This document shows, one piece after another, positions 1-9,888 of a stretch of 64,000 nt of DNA. The number at the start of each line of letters is the position of its first letter. The first letter of the stretch is position 1. The DNA is from Candidatus Omnitrophota bacterium. GTDB taxonomy: Bacteria > Omnitrophota > Gorgyraeia > Zapsychrales > Fredricksoniimonadaceae. Position numbers and translations under genes: made by a program. Under the pieces are notes generated by a model. The model was given only the letters and a program-made list of their open reading frames with translations. It did not search any database and was not told the DNA's origin. The stretch spans positions 22,339 through 86,338 of the forward strand of contig JADFXH010000009.1 in NCBI GenBank assembly GCA_015233675.1, in the 5' to 3' direction.

Positions 1-810
1 TTTTACCCGGGCCAAAGCAGATACCAAAGTCGGATTGCCGCAAGCCCAGCCTAATCGCCATCCTGTCATAAAATAAGTCTTTGAAAAGGAGTGGAATTCT
101 ATCGCTATATCACGGGCCCCTTCCACTTCCAATATGCTGGGCGGCTTGATGCCGTCATAATAAACTTCAGAGTAAGCTAAATCTGAAACAATAATGATCC
201 CACGGGCCTTACAAACAGCCACTAAATCCTGGTAAAATTTTTTATCAGCCGTTGCCGCTGTGGGATTATTAGGATAACAAACAAAGATTGCCTTGGCATT
301 TTTCAGATTCTCAATATCTTCAATTTTTGGCAAAAATCCGTGAGAAGCCTTGAGCGGCAGGTACTGGATTTTACCTCCGGCAAAAGTCACCGCCGCCTGA
401 TAAGCCGGATACGCCGGCTCTGTCAAAACAACCTTATCGCCCGGATTGATGATTCCCAACGGCAGATGAGCGATACCTTCTTTGGAGCCGATCAAAGGAT
501 AAATTTCCGTTTGGGGTTCTAATTCGACCCCGAAACGGTTTTTAAACCATTTGGCGATCTCCAAACGCAATTGCGGCACCCCCGCATCAAAAGGATAATG
601 ATGATTATTAACATCCTCCGCGGCTTTTTTCAAAGCGTCAATGATTACCTGATGGGTGCGCTGGTCAGGGTCCCCGACTCCCAAATTAATGACATCGCGT
701 CCGGCGGCAATAGCGGCACGGCGGGCACGATCTATTTCCACGAAAAGATATGGCGGCAATGATTGCAAACGTTGGGAAAATTCAATTTTAAATTCAGCGG
801 CATCGGACAT
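1..810 (-). CDS. dapL: LL-diaminopimelate aminotransferase-type PLP aminotransferase; 3' end runs off the window
   Basis: Absent from the ORF track because no stop lies in the window. My translation from the ATG at 808-810 reads MSDAAEFKIEFSQRLQSLPPYLFVEIDRARR...CYPNNPTAA...FHSFSKTYFMTGWRLGWACGN. The LPPYLF-EID N-terminus and SFSK PLP-lysine region are typical of DapL. It sits in a dapB/dapA/dapF/lysA cluster with no dapD/dapC/dapE. Confidence 0.75.
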   Translation of the reverse strand, partial: MSDAAEFKIEFSQRLQSLPPYLFVEIDRARRAAIAAGRDVINLGVGDPDQRTHQVIIDALKKAAEDVNNHHYPFDAGVPQLRLEIAKWFKNRFGVELEPQTEIYPLIGSKEGIAHLPLGIINPGDKVVLTEPAYPAYQAAVTFAGGKIQYLPLKASHGFLPKIEDIENLKNAKAIFVCYPNNPTAATADKKFYQDLVAVCKARGIIIVSDLAYSEVYYDGIKPPSILEVEGARDIAIEFHSFSKTYFMTGWRLGWACGNPTLVSALARVK

Positions 811-922
811 TATTAATAACTCCTGTTGTACATTCTTTTAGTTTAATTAAGAAGCATATTTTTCATTTTAGAAGTATACCATGAACTTAAAGAAATCCAA
901 AAGAAACCCCCCGCATCATTTT

Positions 923-965
923 GTCATTCCAGCGAAAGCGGGAATCTTTGATGATGAGATTCCCG
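923..965. repeat. short hairpin repeat GTCATTCC(A/C)GCGAAAGCGGGAATC plus a third complementary arm
   Basis: GTCATTCCAGCGAAAGCGGGAATC (923-946), with GATTCCCGC again at 957-965. Overlaps the 3' end of the 924..2669 CDS. Confidence 0.8.
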
Positions 966-2669
966 CAATTTTTTAAGCTCACTGATAAATCCGGGATTAA
1001 CAGCATACTCCAATTCTTTTGCTTTATGTACGTCACTCCACGCTTTATCATATTTTTTTAACTGATAATAAATTTGGGCCCGATTATAATAAGCAATTGA
1101 ATCATCCGGATCTATTTTAATAGCTTTGTTGTAATCTAATAAAGCTAAGGCAAAGTCCCCTTTTATCTTGTAGACATATCCGCGGTTATTATAAATTTCT
1201 GCAATATTCGGATTTATATCAATGATTTTGCTATTAATTAAAATGGCTTGAGCAAAATTGCCTTGATAGAAATAAAAATTGCTCAATATATTATAAATTT
1301 GTAAATATTGCGGGTCTATCTCAATGGCTTTATTATAGTCTACTAGAGCCTGCGCAAAGTTACCTGCAGAGGAGTACGCGCTGGCACGATTGCAATACGG
1401 CCTTGCTTTATGAGGAGATTTTTGGACGACATCATTCCATAAAGCAATTTCGTCTTTCCAAATTTTATTCCTTTGATAAGTCAGCACAGCATTACATCCT
1501 ATTATCACCGTCAGAACGATAACCATCGCTTTAATGCTATTCTTCCCCCAAAGATAGTACCCTCCGCTGACTAAGAATATGCTATAACCCACCAATGGTA
1601 AATATAACCGGTGTTCAAGAATGATGTCTCCCATCGCCCAAAAACTCGATTCAGGTATAGTTAGAGTCAAGAAAAACCAAAAAATGGAAAAAGAAAGCAG
1701 TCTATATCTTAAGAATAGTCGCTTAGCCCAATAAAAAATAGCTGTTAAAAATAAAAGACTGATCAATACAGGCAATTGAAAAATATTCTTAAAAACAGGA
1801 TAATCATAATCAAGGTTCTGGTTGATCGGAATGAATACCAGTCTCATATAGGTGACCATGGTCCTGAATTGGGTCAAGAAATAATGCATAGGGGTGATGA
1901 CACCTCCATGCGCCCTTAAATCACCATGCATGCTTTGAAAAACTTGTGACTTGATAAATAAGAATGTGACGGGAACAATAAATATGGTAAGCAAAAAAGG
2001 AGCAAGACATCTCCAGTTAAGCCTGTCTTTAGTGTTTAGAAAACTACACTCATATAGCAGGATTATCAAGGGTAGCGTTACAGTATTCTCCTTTGTGAAC
2101 ATGGCCACAACTGCAGTTATCAGTGCGGCCGGGTAATAAAATCTCCCAAGTTGTGAATTATATCCCTCAGCCTGCAATAGTCTTGATTTAACATAAAGGC
2201 ATAAGGATGCCAAATAAAACATGGCAGCCATTGAAGCGGCCCTCTGCCAAATATACGTCACTGCTTCGGTCTGGAGAGGGTGGCTTACAAATACCAGACC
2301 TGCAAACAGAGCAATGAGATTAGCATGCCGGATAATTTTATCCTCTTTCATGGCAGGAGTAGAAAGAGTCAAAAGGGTCAGCCACCAAACTAAAATGGCC
2401 GTAATTATATGAACCGCCAAGTTAAACAGGTGGTATCCAAAAACATTAAGGCCGTTAAAGTGATAGTTAAAAGCCAGAGAAAGGAAAACAAAAAAACGGC
2501 CATGAAAATAATGCCAGATCTTTTGCAAATCATGAACGTTTCTTATTGCAGAATTATAGACTATAAATATTTTATCATCGAACTGAAACAAGCAATGAAA
2601 AGTGTTGGAATAAACAACAATTCCCAGACAAAAGATAAGCAGAATTGAAAGCAGATAACACGGCCTCAA
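924..2669 (-). CDS. TMTC/PMT-like GT-C membrane protein with C-terminal TPR domain (tandem paralog 1)
   Basis: 581 aa. A polytopic N-terminal ~400 aa carries an FQFDD motif in the first loop (acidic GT-C-type loop). The C-terminus has TPR repeats (AYYNRAQIYYQLKKYDKAW). The last ~14 codons read into a short hairpin repeat. Confidence 0.6.
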   Translation of the reverse strand: MRPCYLLSILLIFCLGIVVYSNTFHCLFQFDDKIFIVYNSAIRNVHDLQKIWHYFHGRFFVFLSLAFNYHFNGLNVFGYHLFNLAVHIITAILVWWLTLLTLSTPAMKEDKIIRHANLIALFAGLVFVSHPLQTEAVTYIWQRAASMAAMFYLASLCLYVKSRLLQAEGYNSQLGRFYYPAALITAVVAMFTKENTVTLPLIILLYECSFLNTKDRLNWRCLAPFLLTIFIVPVTFLFIKSQVFQSMHGDLRAHGGVITPMHYFLTQFRTMVTYMRLVFIPINQNLDYDYPVFKNIFQLPVLISLLFLTAIFYWAKRLFLRYRLLSFSIFWFFLTLTIPESSFWAMGDIILEHRLYLPLVGYSIFLVSGGYYLWGKNSIKAMVIVLTVIIGCNAVLTYQRNKIWKDEIALWNDVVQKSPHKARPYCNRASAYSSAGNFAQALVDYNKAIEIDPQYLQIYNILSNFYFYQGNFAQAILINSKIIDINPNIAEIYNNRGYVYKIKGDFALALLDYNKAIKIDPDDSIAYYNRAQIYYQLKKYDKAWSDVHKAKELEYAVNPGFISELKKLRESHHQRFPLSLE

Positions 2670-2692
2670 AATGCCCCCCCAATGGTTTGCTT

Positions 2693-4528
2693 TTATCTTC
2701 CGGATGATTTTTTAAGCTCACTGATAAATCCGGGATTAACAGCATATCCCAGTTCTTTTGCTTTATGCGCGTCACTCCACGCTTTATCATATTCTTTTAA
2801 CAAATAGTAAGTGCCAGCCCTGTTATAGTAAGCGTCTGGATAATAAGGATTTATTTCAATAGATTTTGTTAAATCAGAAACAGCTTGAGTGAAATTCTTC
2901 ATTTCACCATAAATGCAACCCCGTATGTTATAAGCGATGAAGTCATAAGGGTCTATTTCAATAGCTTTTGCGGCATCAGACAAGGCTTGAGAAAAATTGC
3001 CAAGTTTATGATATAGAATAGACCGGGTATGATACGGCAACACCCCCCTTGAGAATGATATTTTAATTGCTTTGGTATAATCAGCAATGGCCTTAATGAA
3101 TTCACCGCGGCTCTCATAAATTAATCCGCGGTTAATATAAGGCTCTATGTGGTTATCAGGATCTATGGCAATGGCTTTATTAAAATCAACCATCGCACGA
3201 TCAAAATTTCCTTGATTAAAATAGCCAGCACCTCGACTAAAATAAGGCCCTGGCTTATAAGGTGATTTTAAAACGGCATCATTCCACAAAGTAATATTGT
3301 CTTTCCAAATATTATTCCTTTGATAAGTCAGTAACGAGTTCCATCCTATTATCATCGCTAGAACCATAACCATCATTTTAATGCGATTCTTCCCCCAAAG
3401 ATAGTACGCTCCACTGACTAAAAATATGCTAAATCCCGCCAATGGTAAATATAGCCGGTGTTCAAAAATGATACCTCCCATTGCCCAAAAACTTGATTCA
3501 GGTATAGTTAGAGTCAAAAAAAACCAAAAGATGGAAAAGGAAAACAGCCTATATCTTAAGAATAGTCGTTTCGCCCAATAAAAAATAACTGTTAAAAATA
3601 AAAAACTGATCAATACAGGTAATTCCAAAATATTCTTGAAAATCGGATAATCATAATCTAAGTTCTGGTTTAACGGAATGAATAACAATCTTATATAGGT
3701 GACCATGGTCCTGAATTGAGTCAGGAAATAATGCATAGGGGTGATGACACCTCCATGCGCCCTTAAATCACCATGCATGCTTTGAAAAACTTGTGACTTG
3801 ATAAATAAGAATGTGACAGGAACAATAAATATGGTAAGCAAGAAAGGAGCAAGAATTCTCCAATTAAAACTTTTTTTAGTGTTTAAAAAACTGTACTCAT
3901 AAAACAATATCATTAAGGGCAATGTTACAGCATTCTCCTTAGTAAACATGGCTACAACTGCTGTTATCAAAGATCCTGTGTAATAAAATTTCCAATGGCC
4001 TAAACTAAGTTTTTCAACCTGCAGCAGCCTTGATTTGACATAAAGGCATAAGGACGCCAAATAAAACATGGCCGCCATTGAAGCAGCCCTCTGCCAAATA
4101 TACGTCACTGCTTCAGTTTGGACCGGATGGCTTACAAATACCAACCCTGCAAACAAAGCAATGAGACTAGCATGACGGGTAATTTTATCCTCTTTCATGG
4201 CAGGAGTAGAAAGAGTCAAAAGGGTCAGCCACCAGACTAAAATGGCCGTAATTATATGAACCGCCAAGTTAAACAGGTGGTATCCAAAAACATTAAGGCC
4301 GTTAAAGTGATAGTTAAAAGCCAGAGATAGAAAAACAAAAAAGCGGCCGTGAAAATAATGCCAGATGCTTTGCAAATTAAAAATGTTCCTTATTGGGATA
4401 TTATCGACTATGAATATCCTGTCATCGAACTGAAACGAACAGTGAAAGGAATTGGAATAAACAATAGTTCCCAGACAAGAAATGAGCAGGATTGAAAACA
4501 GATAAAACAGCCTCAAGCAAACCTCCAT
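2693..4528 (-). CDS. TMTC/PMT-like GT-C membrane protein with C-terminal TPR domain (tandem paralog 2)
   Basis: 611 aa. The N-terminal membrane domain is nearly colinear with the 924..2669 product, with long identical runs such as GRFFVFLSLAFNYHFNGLNVFGYHLFNLAVHIITAILVWWLTLLTLSTPAMKEDKI. The TPR region is divergent and one repeat longer. Confidence 0.6.
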   Translation of the reverse strand: MEVCLRLFYLFSILLISCLGTIVYSNSFHCSFQFDDRIFIVDNIPIRNIFNLQSIWHYFHGRFFVFLSLAFNYHFNGLNVFGYHLFNLAVHIITAILVWWLTLLTLSTPAMKEDKITRHASLIALFAGLVFVSHPVQTEAVTYIWQRAASMAAMFYLASLCLYVKSRLLQVEKLSLGHWKFYYTGSLITAVVAMFTKENAVTLPLMILFYEYSFLNTKKSFNWRILAPFLLTIFIVPVTFLFIKSQVFQSMHGDLRAHGGVITPMHYFLTQFRTMVTYIRLLFIPLNQNLDYDYPIFKNILELPVLISFLFLTVIFYWAKRLFLRYRLFSFSIFWFFLTLTIPESSFWAMGGIIFEHRLYLPLAGFSIFLVSGAYYLWGKNRIKMMVMVLAMIIGWNSLLTYQRNNIWKDNITLWNDAVLKSPYKPGPYFSRGAGYFNQGNFDRAMVDFNKAIAIDPDNHIEPYINRGLIYESRGEFIKAIADYTKAIKISFSRGVLPYHTRSILYHKLGNFSQALSDAAKAIEIDPYDFIAYNIRGCIYGEMKNFTQAVSDLTKSIEINPYYPDAYYNRAGTYYLLKEYDKAWSDAHKAKELGYAVNPGFISELKKSSGR

Positions 4529-4534
4529 GAAGTT

Positions 4535-5254
4535 CTATTTTATGCCCAGCACATCCTGCATATCAAACAGACCTTTTTTCTTTTTAGAAAGGAATTTCGC
4601 CGCGACCAGAGCGCCTGATGCAAAAATATCGCGGGTCTTGGCATGGTGATGGATGGAAATCAAATCTACCGGGCTTTCAAAAGTGATAGTATGATCGCCG
4701 ATAACCTCCCCCTCACGGATGGAGGCAATATCTTTGACCTTTATTTTAGAAAATGTTTCGGCAATTTCAGCCATGGTCTTGGCAGTCCCTGAAGGAGCGT
4801 CCTTTTTATGCACATGATGTGTTTCACTTAAAGTAATGGCATAATCTTTTCCGGTAATTTGCGCCGTTTGACGGATAAGGCCAAAGACCAGATTGACCCC
4901 CACCGACATATTAGAAGAAAAAACAATGGCAACTTTAGAAGATACTTTTTTGATTTGAGCGATCTGGGCCTTAGTAAAACCTGTAGTGCCGATGACCATG
5001 CTGACGCCGTATTTCTGGCAGGATTTCAGATGACCGAGAGTTGCTTCAGGGGTCGTAAATTCAATGAGCACATCACTCCCCTTTAATGCGGCATCTTCAA
5101 AATTGACCGGGATATTGTAAGATAACAGAGGCACATCCGGCCTGTTTTTGTTTTCTAAAAGGGCGGATATTTTAAAGACTTTATCCTGAAGCGCCAAAGC
5201 CGTAATACGCTGGCCCATCCTGCCCTGACAGCCCGAAACCGCAAGTTTGATCAT
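4535..5254 (-). CDS. dapB: 4-hydroxy-tetrahydrodipicolinate reductase
   Basis: 239 aa. N-terminal GCQGRMG Rossmann motif and the ETHHVHKKDAPSGTA signature. Confidence 0.9.
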   Translation of the reverse strand: MIKLAVSGCQGRMGQRITALALQDKVFKISALLENKNRPDVPLLSYNIPVNFEDAALKGSDVLIEFTTPEATLGHLKSCQKYGVSMVIGTTGFTKAQIAQIKKVSSKVAIVFSSNMSVGVNLVFGLIRQTAQITGKDYAITLSETHHVHKKDAPSGTAKTMAEIAETFSKIKVKDIASIREGEVIGDHTITFESPVDLISIHHHAKTRDIFASGALVAAKFLSKKKKGLFDMQDVLGIK

Positions 5255-5287
5255 CGAAATCCCTCCGTAAATAATTCATTCATTAGA

Positions 5288-5553
5288 GCATGCATTATAA
5301 GGACTAAATTTGTTCTTTGAAGCGACTGTAATTAAGTACATGAGTATGGATGGACAGGTATTATCAATACGGCACATTAAGGAATTTTTCGCCAAATGTC
5401 TGCGAGGATTTACGACAAAAATGTTCCAAATGAAGAGAAACTTTAGAACATTTTTGTTGTAAACCGAAGCAGACGGCGAAAATATTCCGTGCCGAATTGA
5501 TAATACCTGTCCATCCATCACGCTACAAATTGCACGAATGAAAAGAATAAATT
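5288..5553. repeat. composite: type II-like arms flanking type I copy A
   Basis: Left arm GCATGCATTATAAGGACTAAATTTGTTCTTTGAAGCGACTGT (5288-5329) is homologous to the arms of the 62701-62940 palindrome. Right arm GCACGAATGAAAAGAATAAATT (5532-5553) is partly complementary to it. Confidence 0.7.
5346..5518 (-). repeat. type I long-hairpin repeat, copy A (basal variant 1, apical variant 1)
   Basis: 173-nt imperfect palindrome ATGGATGGACAGGTATTA...TAATACCTGTCCATCCAT centred on the loop CAAATGAAGAGAAACTTTA. Lies between dapA and dapB. Confidence 0.9.
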
Positions 5554-5562
5554 GAAAGCAAG

Positions 5563-6441
5563 CTATTTGATCAATCCGTAAACCTTTAACGCCTGTTTTA
5601 ATTTAGCCAGATTAGCTTCTTCCATATCGCACATAGGAAGACGGAGTGCGCCATTGCATAATCCCATCAGCTCACATGCTTTTTTAACAGGGATAGGGTT
5701 CGTCTCAACAAATAAAGACCGGACTAACGGCAGTAATTTCAAATTGATCTCTTGGGCTTTCTTTAAATTTCCTTGATTAAAAGCATTAATGAGGGCCACC
5801 ACATCATGGGGAACAATGTTAGCCGCAACCGATATCACCCCAACCCCGCCAATGGCTAAAATAGGCAAAGTCAAGGAATCATCCCCAGATATTAAAGAAA
5901 ATCCCTTCGGACACAGCTCTTTAATGCGGAGCATTTGCTCCAAAGAACCTGACGATTCCTTGACACCGACAATATTTTTAAAATCAGAAGCCAACTTTGC
6001 CATTAAATCCGGCTCAATATTCCTGCCTGTACGCCCGATGATATTGTAAAGAATAATGGGAATATCAGCACTTTCACTGACTGCTTTATAGTGCAGGTAT
6101 ATACCCTTATTGGTAGGCTTATTATAATAAGGGGTGACCACCAGGGCCGCATCCGCGCCAGCCTTGGCCGCGTACTGGGTCATATGCACGGCTTCGCTAG
6201 TTGAGTTAGAACCGGTACCGGCAATAACAGGGATCCTTTTGGCGACAACTTGCACGCAAAGTTTAATGGTTTCTTCATGTTCCTTCTCAGAAAGCGTCGG
6301 CGTCTCACCGGTGGTCCCGCAAGGAACAATGCCGTTGGTGCCCTCTTTAATTTGCCAATCAATGAGCTTTTTGTAAGCCCCTTCGTCAACCCGCTCGCCG
6401 TCAAAAGGCGTCACTAAAGCCACCATAGAACCTTTAAACAT
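5563..6441 (-). CDS. dapA: 4-hydroxy-tetrahydrodipicolinate synthase
   Basis: 292 aa. MVALVTPF, GTTGE and the Schiff-base lysine context GVKESSG. Confidence 0.92.
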   Translation of the reverse strand: MFKGSMVALVTPFDGERVDEGAYKKLIDWQIKEGTNGIVPCGTTGETPTLSEKEHEETIKLCVQVVAKRIPVIAGTGSNSTSEAVHMTQYAAKAGADAALVVTPYYNKPTNKGIYLHYKAVSESADIPIILYNIIGRTGRNIEPDLMAKLASDFKNIVGVKESSGSLEQMLRIKELCPKGFSLISGDDSLTLPILAIGGVGVISVAANIVPHDVVALINAFNQGNLKKAQEINLKLLPLVRSLFVETNPIPVKKACELMGLCNGALRLPMCDMEEANLAKLKQALKVYGLIK

Positions 6442-7261
6442 AAAAATATTCTCCTTTAGCGATCAGCTTCGCTGAGCCCTTAAGCCACACATTATCTATA
6501 TTGTAGCCTTCATCAAAATCAAAGGTGATCTCCAGAATTTCTTTGCTCGCCGTCAATACCTTCATGAAAGCACCCTTTTGCTTTTTAATATTAGGATTAG
6601 CATGGAAATAAGCGATCAATGCCGAGGCCACAGCCCCGGTCCCGCAAGCCAATGTTTCTGCCTCCACCCCTCGCTCAAAAGTGCGCACAGCCACCATGCC
6701 CTCACGGGCACGCTCAACAAAATCAACATTGGTGCCGCGCGGCGCAAACCGAGGGTGATTGCGGACCAAAGCACCCAAGCTATTGGCATCCACATCCTGT
6801 AAACCGTCGACGAAAATCACTGTATGAGGGACACCTGTGTCGATATAATGAACTTCCAATTTCTTATGGGCCACGGTTATATTCAAATTCGGCCTGTAGT
6901 CTTTAGGGTTAGATAAACGCACACGGACCATTTCACCCTGGGCTTCAGCTAAAATCTCGCCGGCTAAGGTCTCAATGCCGAAAGAAGCTTTAGCCGGTTT
7001 TAAATTAGCCATGATATACGCGGCCATGCAACGGGCCCCGTTACCGCACATCTCTGCCTCTGAACCGTCAGCATTAATAATACGCATGCGATAGTCTGAT
7101 TGCGTAGATTTATCAAAAACCAATACTCCGTCAGCGCCGATACCGCTTTGCCGCGCGCAAACGGCTTTGCTGAATTTAGCGTAATCTAAATCCTGGCGAG
7201 CCTCAATGACAATAAAATCATTGCCTGCACCAGCCATTTTTACAAAAGGAATGCTTACCAT
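6434..7261 (-). CDS. dapF: diaminopimelate epimerase
   Basis: 275 aa. GAGNDF plus the two catalytic Cys contexts MCGNGARC and ACGTGAVA. Overlaps dapA by 8 nt. Confidence 0.92.
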   Translation of the reverse strand: MVSIPFVKMAGAGNDFIVIEARQDLDYAKFSKAVCARQSGIGADGVLVFDKSTQSDYRMRIINADGSEAEMCGNGARCMAAYIMANLKPAKASFGIETLAGEILAEAQGEMVRVRLSNPKDYRPNLNITVAHKKLEVHYIDTGVPHTVIFVDGLQDVDANSLGALVRNHPRFAPRGTNVDFVERAREGMVAVRTFERGVEAETLACGTGAVASALIAYFHANPNIKKQKGAFMKVLTASKEILEITFDFDEGYNIDNVWLKGSAKLIAKGEYFYV

Positions 7262-8505
7262 GTCACGATCTTCTCCCCACGCATCAAATCTTTAAAAGTT
7301 TCGCGGTCCTTAATGATCTTAAATTTGTCGCCCTTCACCATGATTTCCCCAACCCGCGGACGCATATTGTAATTGCTGGACATCACATAACCGTAGGCGC
7401 CGGCACTCATAACGGCCAGCAAGTCATTTTTCTTGACCTTGGGCAAAAGGCGGTCATGGGCAAAAAAATCTCCGCTTTCGCAAATAGGGCCCACCACATC
7501 AAATTTTTGCCTGGCACCTTTATTTTGCGCCACACAAACGATCTCGTGATACGCATCATAAAGCATCGGCCTAATCAAGTCATTCATGCCGCCGTCCACG
7601 ATCACAAATTTCTTCAGTCCGTTGTCCTTGACGTAAAGGATCTTGGTCACAAATATACCGGCATTACCGACAATAAAACGCCCAGGCTCCATAATGATCT
7701 TTAAGCCTGTCTTCTCTAAAATAGGAATAACTTTATCAGCATACTGCTGTGCGGTTTGCGGAATTTCATTCTTATAAATAATCCCCAATCCCCCGCCAAT
7801 ATCCAAATATTCAATCTTTATCCCCTCAGCGCTCAACTCATCAATGAAAGTAATTACTTTCTTAATAGCTCCGACAAAAGGAACTCCGGAAGTAATTTGA
7901 GAACCGATATGAATGTGCAAGCCGTTGATCTTCACATGACTGTATTTTTTATAGGCCTTGAAAATTTGACGGGAAGTGCCCAAGTCAATGCCGAATTTCT
8001 TTTTTAAGGAGCCGGTATTCGTATACTCATGCGTTGGCGCCGGGACATCAGGATTGATCCTTAACGCCGCCTGAACCTTCCTGTCCATCTTAACGGCAAT
8101 ACGGTTGATTTCCTCTAATTCCGGCTCAGACTCAACATTAAACAATAAAATACCCGTTTCTATGGCAAATGCTATTTCTTCCTCGGTTTTGCCAACAGAT
8201 GCAAACACGATCTTTTTAGGGTCTGCACCGGCAAGTAAAGCCTTTCCCAATTCACCAATAGAAACAATATCAATACCGGCGCCTAAATCTACCAGGCTTT
8301 TGATGACATTCAGATTACCGTTGGATTTCATGGCAAAGCAAATGATGGGATCAAGTTTGGCAAAAGCCTTCTGGATCTTTAAAAAATGATCAGTGAGTGT
8401 CTTATAGCTGTAAAGATAAAAAGGCGTCCCCACACGTTCGGCAATGGAAGACACCTTGACACCCTCACACCAAAGCTGCCCTTCCTTAAATTCAAAATCA
8501 TGCAT
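7255..8505 (-). CDS. lysA: diaminopimelate decarboxylase
   Basis: 416 aa. FAMKSN PLP-lysine region, GGGLGI and CESGD motifs. Overlaps dapF and argH. Confidence 0.92.
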   Translation of the reverse strand: MHDFEFKEGQLWCEGVKVSSIAERVGTPFYLYSYKTLTDHFLKIQKAFAKLDPIICFAMKSNGNLNVIKSLVDLGAGIDIVSIGELGKALLAGADPKKIVFASVGKTEEEIAFAIETGILLFNVESEPELEEINRIAVKMDRKVQAALRINPDVPAPTHEYTNTGSLKKKFGIDLGTSRQIFKAYKKYSHVKINGLHIHIGSQITSGVPFVGAIKKVITFIDELSAEGIKIEYLDIGGGLGIIYKNEIPQTAQQYADKVIPILEKTGLKIIMEPGRFIVGNAGIFVTKILYVKDNGLKKFVIVDGGMNDLIRPMLYDAYHEIVCVAQNKGARQKFDVVGPICESGDFFAHDRLLPKVKKNDLLAVMSAGAYGYVMSSNYNMRPRVGEIMVKGDKFKIIKDRETFKDLMRGEKIVTW

Positions 8506-9874
8506 TTAACTTCTTGCTCCATTGATTTAACTGTTGTGCAACCAAATTTGGGTTCGTCGAACCCAAAGAAGATTTAATTTTAACAGACATTTGCGGATTA
8601 AAAAGTTTTTTTACATCCGCACCAAACAGCAAAGAATATTGTTTCAACTCTCCCAAACTTAACGAAGATAGGGGCCTGCCCTGATCCAAACATTCACGGA
8701 CCATTTTCCCTAAAATGTCATGAGCATCCCGATTAGAGACTCCTTTTTTGACCAAATAATCCATCACATCAACGGTAAAAAAACTTTCATCCAACACCCG
8801 TTGAGCCGCATTGCCTTTTTTGACTTCCATTGAAGCAAAAATTTTACTCAAAACCAAAAGAACATTCTTGGCGGTATCAACACTGTCAAACAACGCCGGT
8901 TTATCTAATTGCAAATCCCGGTTATAGGTCAACGGCAGCCCTTTCAATAAAACATGAATTTGGGCCAGAAGACCTGTAACTTTAGCAGAACTGCCGCGGA
9001 CTAGCTCCAGCACATCCGGGTTTTTCTTGTGCGGCATAATGGAGGAACCTGTACAAAAACTGCTGTCAATATCAACAAGATCGAACTCTTTGGTGGCCCA
9101 CAAAATCAAGTCTTCAGCGACCCGGGAAAGATGTGTTGTGATCATGGCACAATCGCCGATCAACTCAACAATGAAATCCCGGTCAGAAACAACGTCCATG
9201 CTGTTGGCCGCAACCTGGCTAAATCCGAGCAAAGATGCCAAGTAGACACGGTCCGTTTTAAGCGATGTGCCTGATAAAGCACAGGAACCTAACGGCATAA
9301 AATCCGTGCGATTGGCACAATCAAAAAGCCTCGTTTTATCCCTCTCAAGCATCTCGATATAAGCAAGCATATGATGGGACAACAATACAACCTGCGCCGC
9401 CTGCAAATGAGTATATGCCGGGATTATGACATCTTTATTTTTATTGGCAAATTCCAGAATCTCTTTTTGTAAATAGGTAATGGCTGCCACAAGCTTAGCA
9501 ATTTCATCCCGGCAATAAAGCTTCATGTCCAAAACAACCTGATCATTGCGAGAACGGGCTGTATGCAGTTTATCTGCGGGCTTACCGATAAAAAATTTAA
9601 GACGGTTTTGAATATCCGTATGAATGTCCTCAGCCTTTGGGTCGAATTTGAATTTATCCGTTTCAATTTGCAATAGGATCTTCTTTAGCCCTGCAACAAT
9701 TTTGGCAGAGTCACCCTTTGGAATAATCCCCTGCTTTGACAACATCCGGGCATGGGCTATCGATCCAATGACATCATATTTAGCCAAACGATGGTCATAG
9801 CTAATGCTGAAGGTAAATTGATCAGCCAGCCAATCAGACTTCTTATTAAAACGCCCACCCCAGAGTTTTGACAT
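8498..9874 (-). CDS. argH: argininosuccinate lyase
   Basis: 458 aa. MSKLWGGRF N-terminus and the GSSIMPHKKNP fumarate-lyase signature. Confidence 0.93.
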   Translation of the reverse strand: MSKLWGGRFNKKSDWLADQFTFSISYDHRLAKYDVIGSIAHARMLSKQGIIPKGDSAKIVAGLKKILLQIETDKFKFDPKAEDIHTDIQNRLKFFIGKPADKLHTARSRNDQVVLDMKLYCRDEIAKLVAAITYLQKEILEFANKNKDVIIPAYTHLQAAQVVLLSHHMLAYIEMLERDKTRLFDCANRTDFMPLGSCALSGTSLKTDRVYLASLLGFSQVAANSMDVVSDRDFIVELIGDCAMITTHLSRVAEDLILWATKEFDLVDIDSSFCTGSSIMPHKKNPDVLELVRGSSAKVTGLLAQIHVLLKGLPLTYNRDLQLDKPALFDSVDTAKNVLLVLSKIFASMEVKKGNAAQRVLDESFFTVDVMDYLVKKGVSNRDAHDILGKMVRECLDQGRPLSSLSLGELKQYSLLFGADVKKLFNPQMSVKIKSSLGSTNPNLVAQQLNQWSKKLNA

Positions 9875-9888
9875 AGATGCTCCCTAGT

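Noticed and set aside
5276-5521. ORF-track ORFs inside the hairpin repeats: 5276..5521 (81 aa), 11205..11396 (63 aa) and 53381..53566 (61 aa), which look like a conserved small-protein family.
   Set aside because: They lie entirely within long palindromes, so open frames arise on both strands. They lack convincing ribosome-binding sites. Their similarity is explained by the DNA repeat itself, and different copies are read in different orientations.
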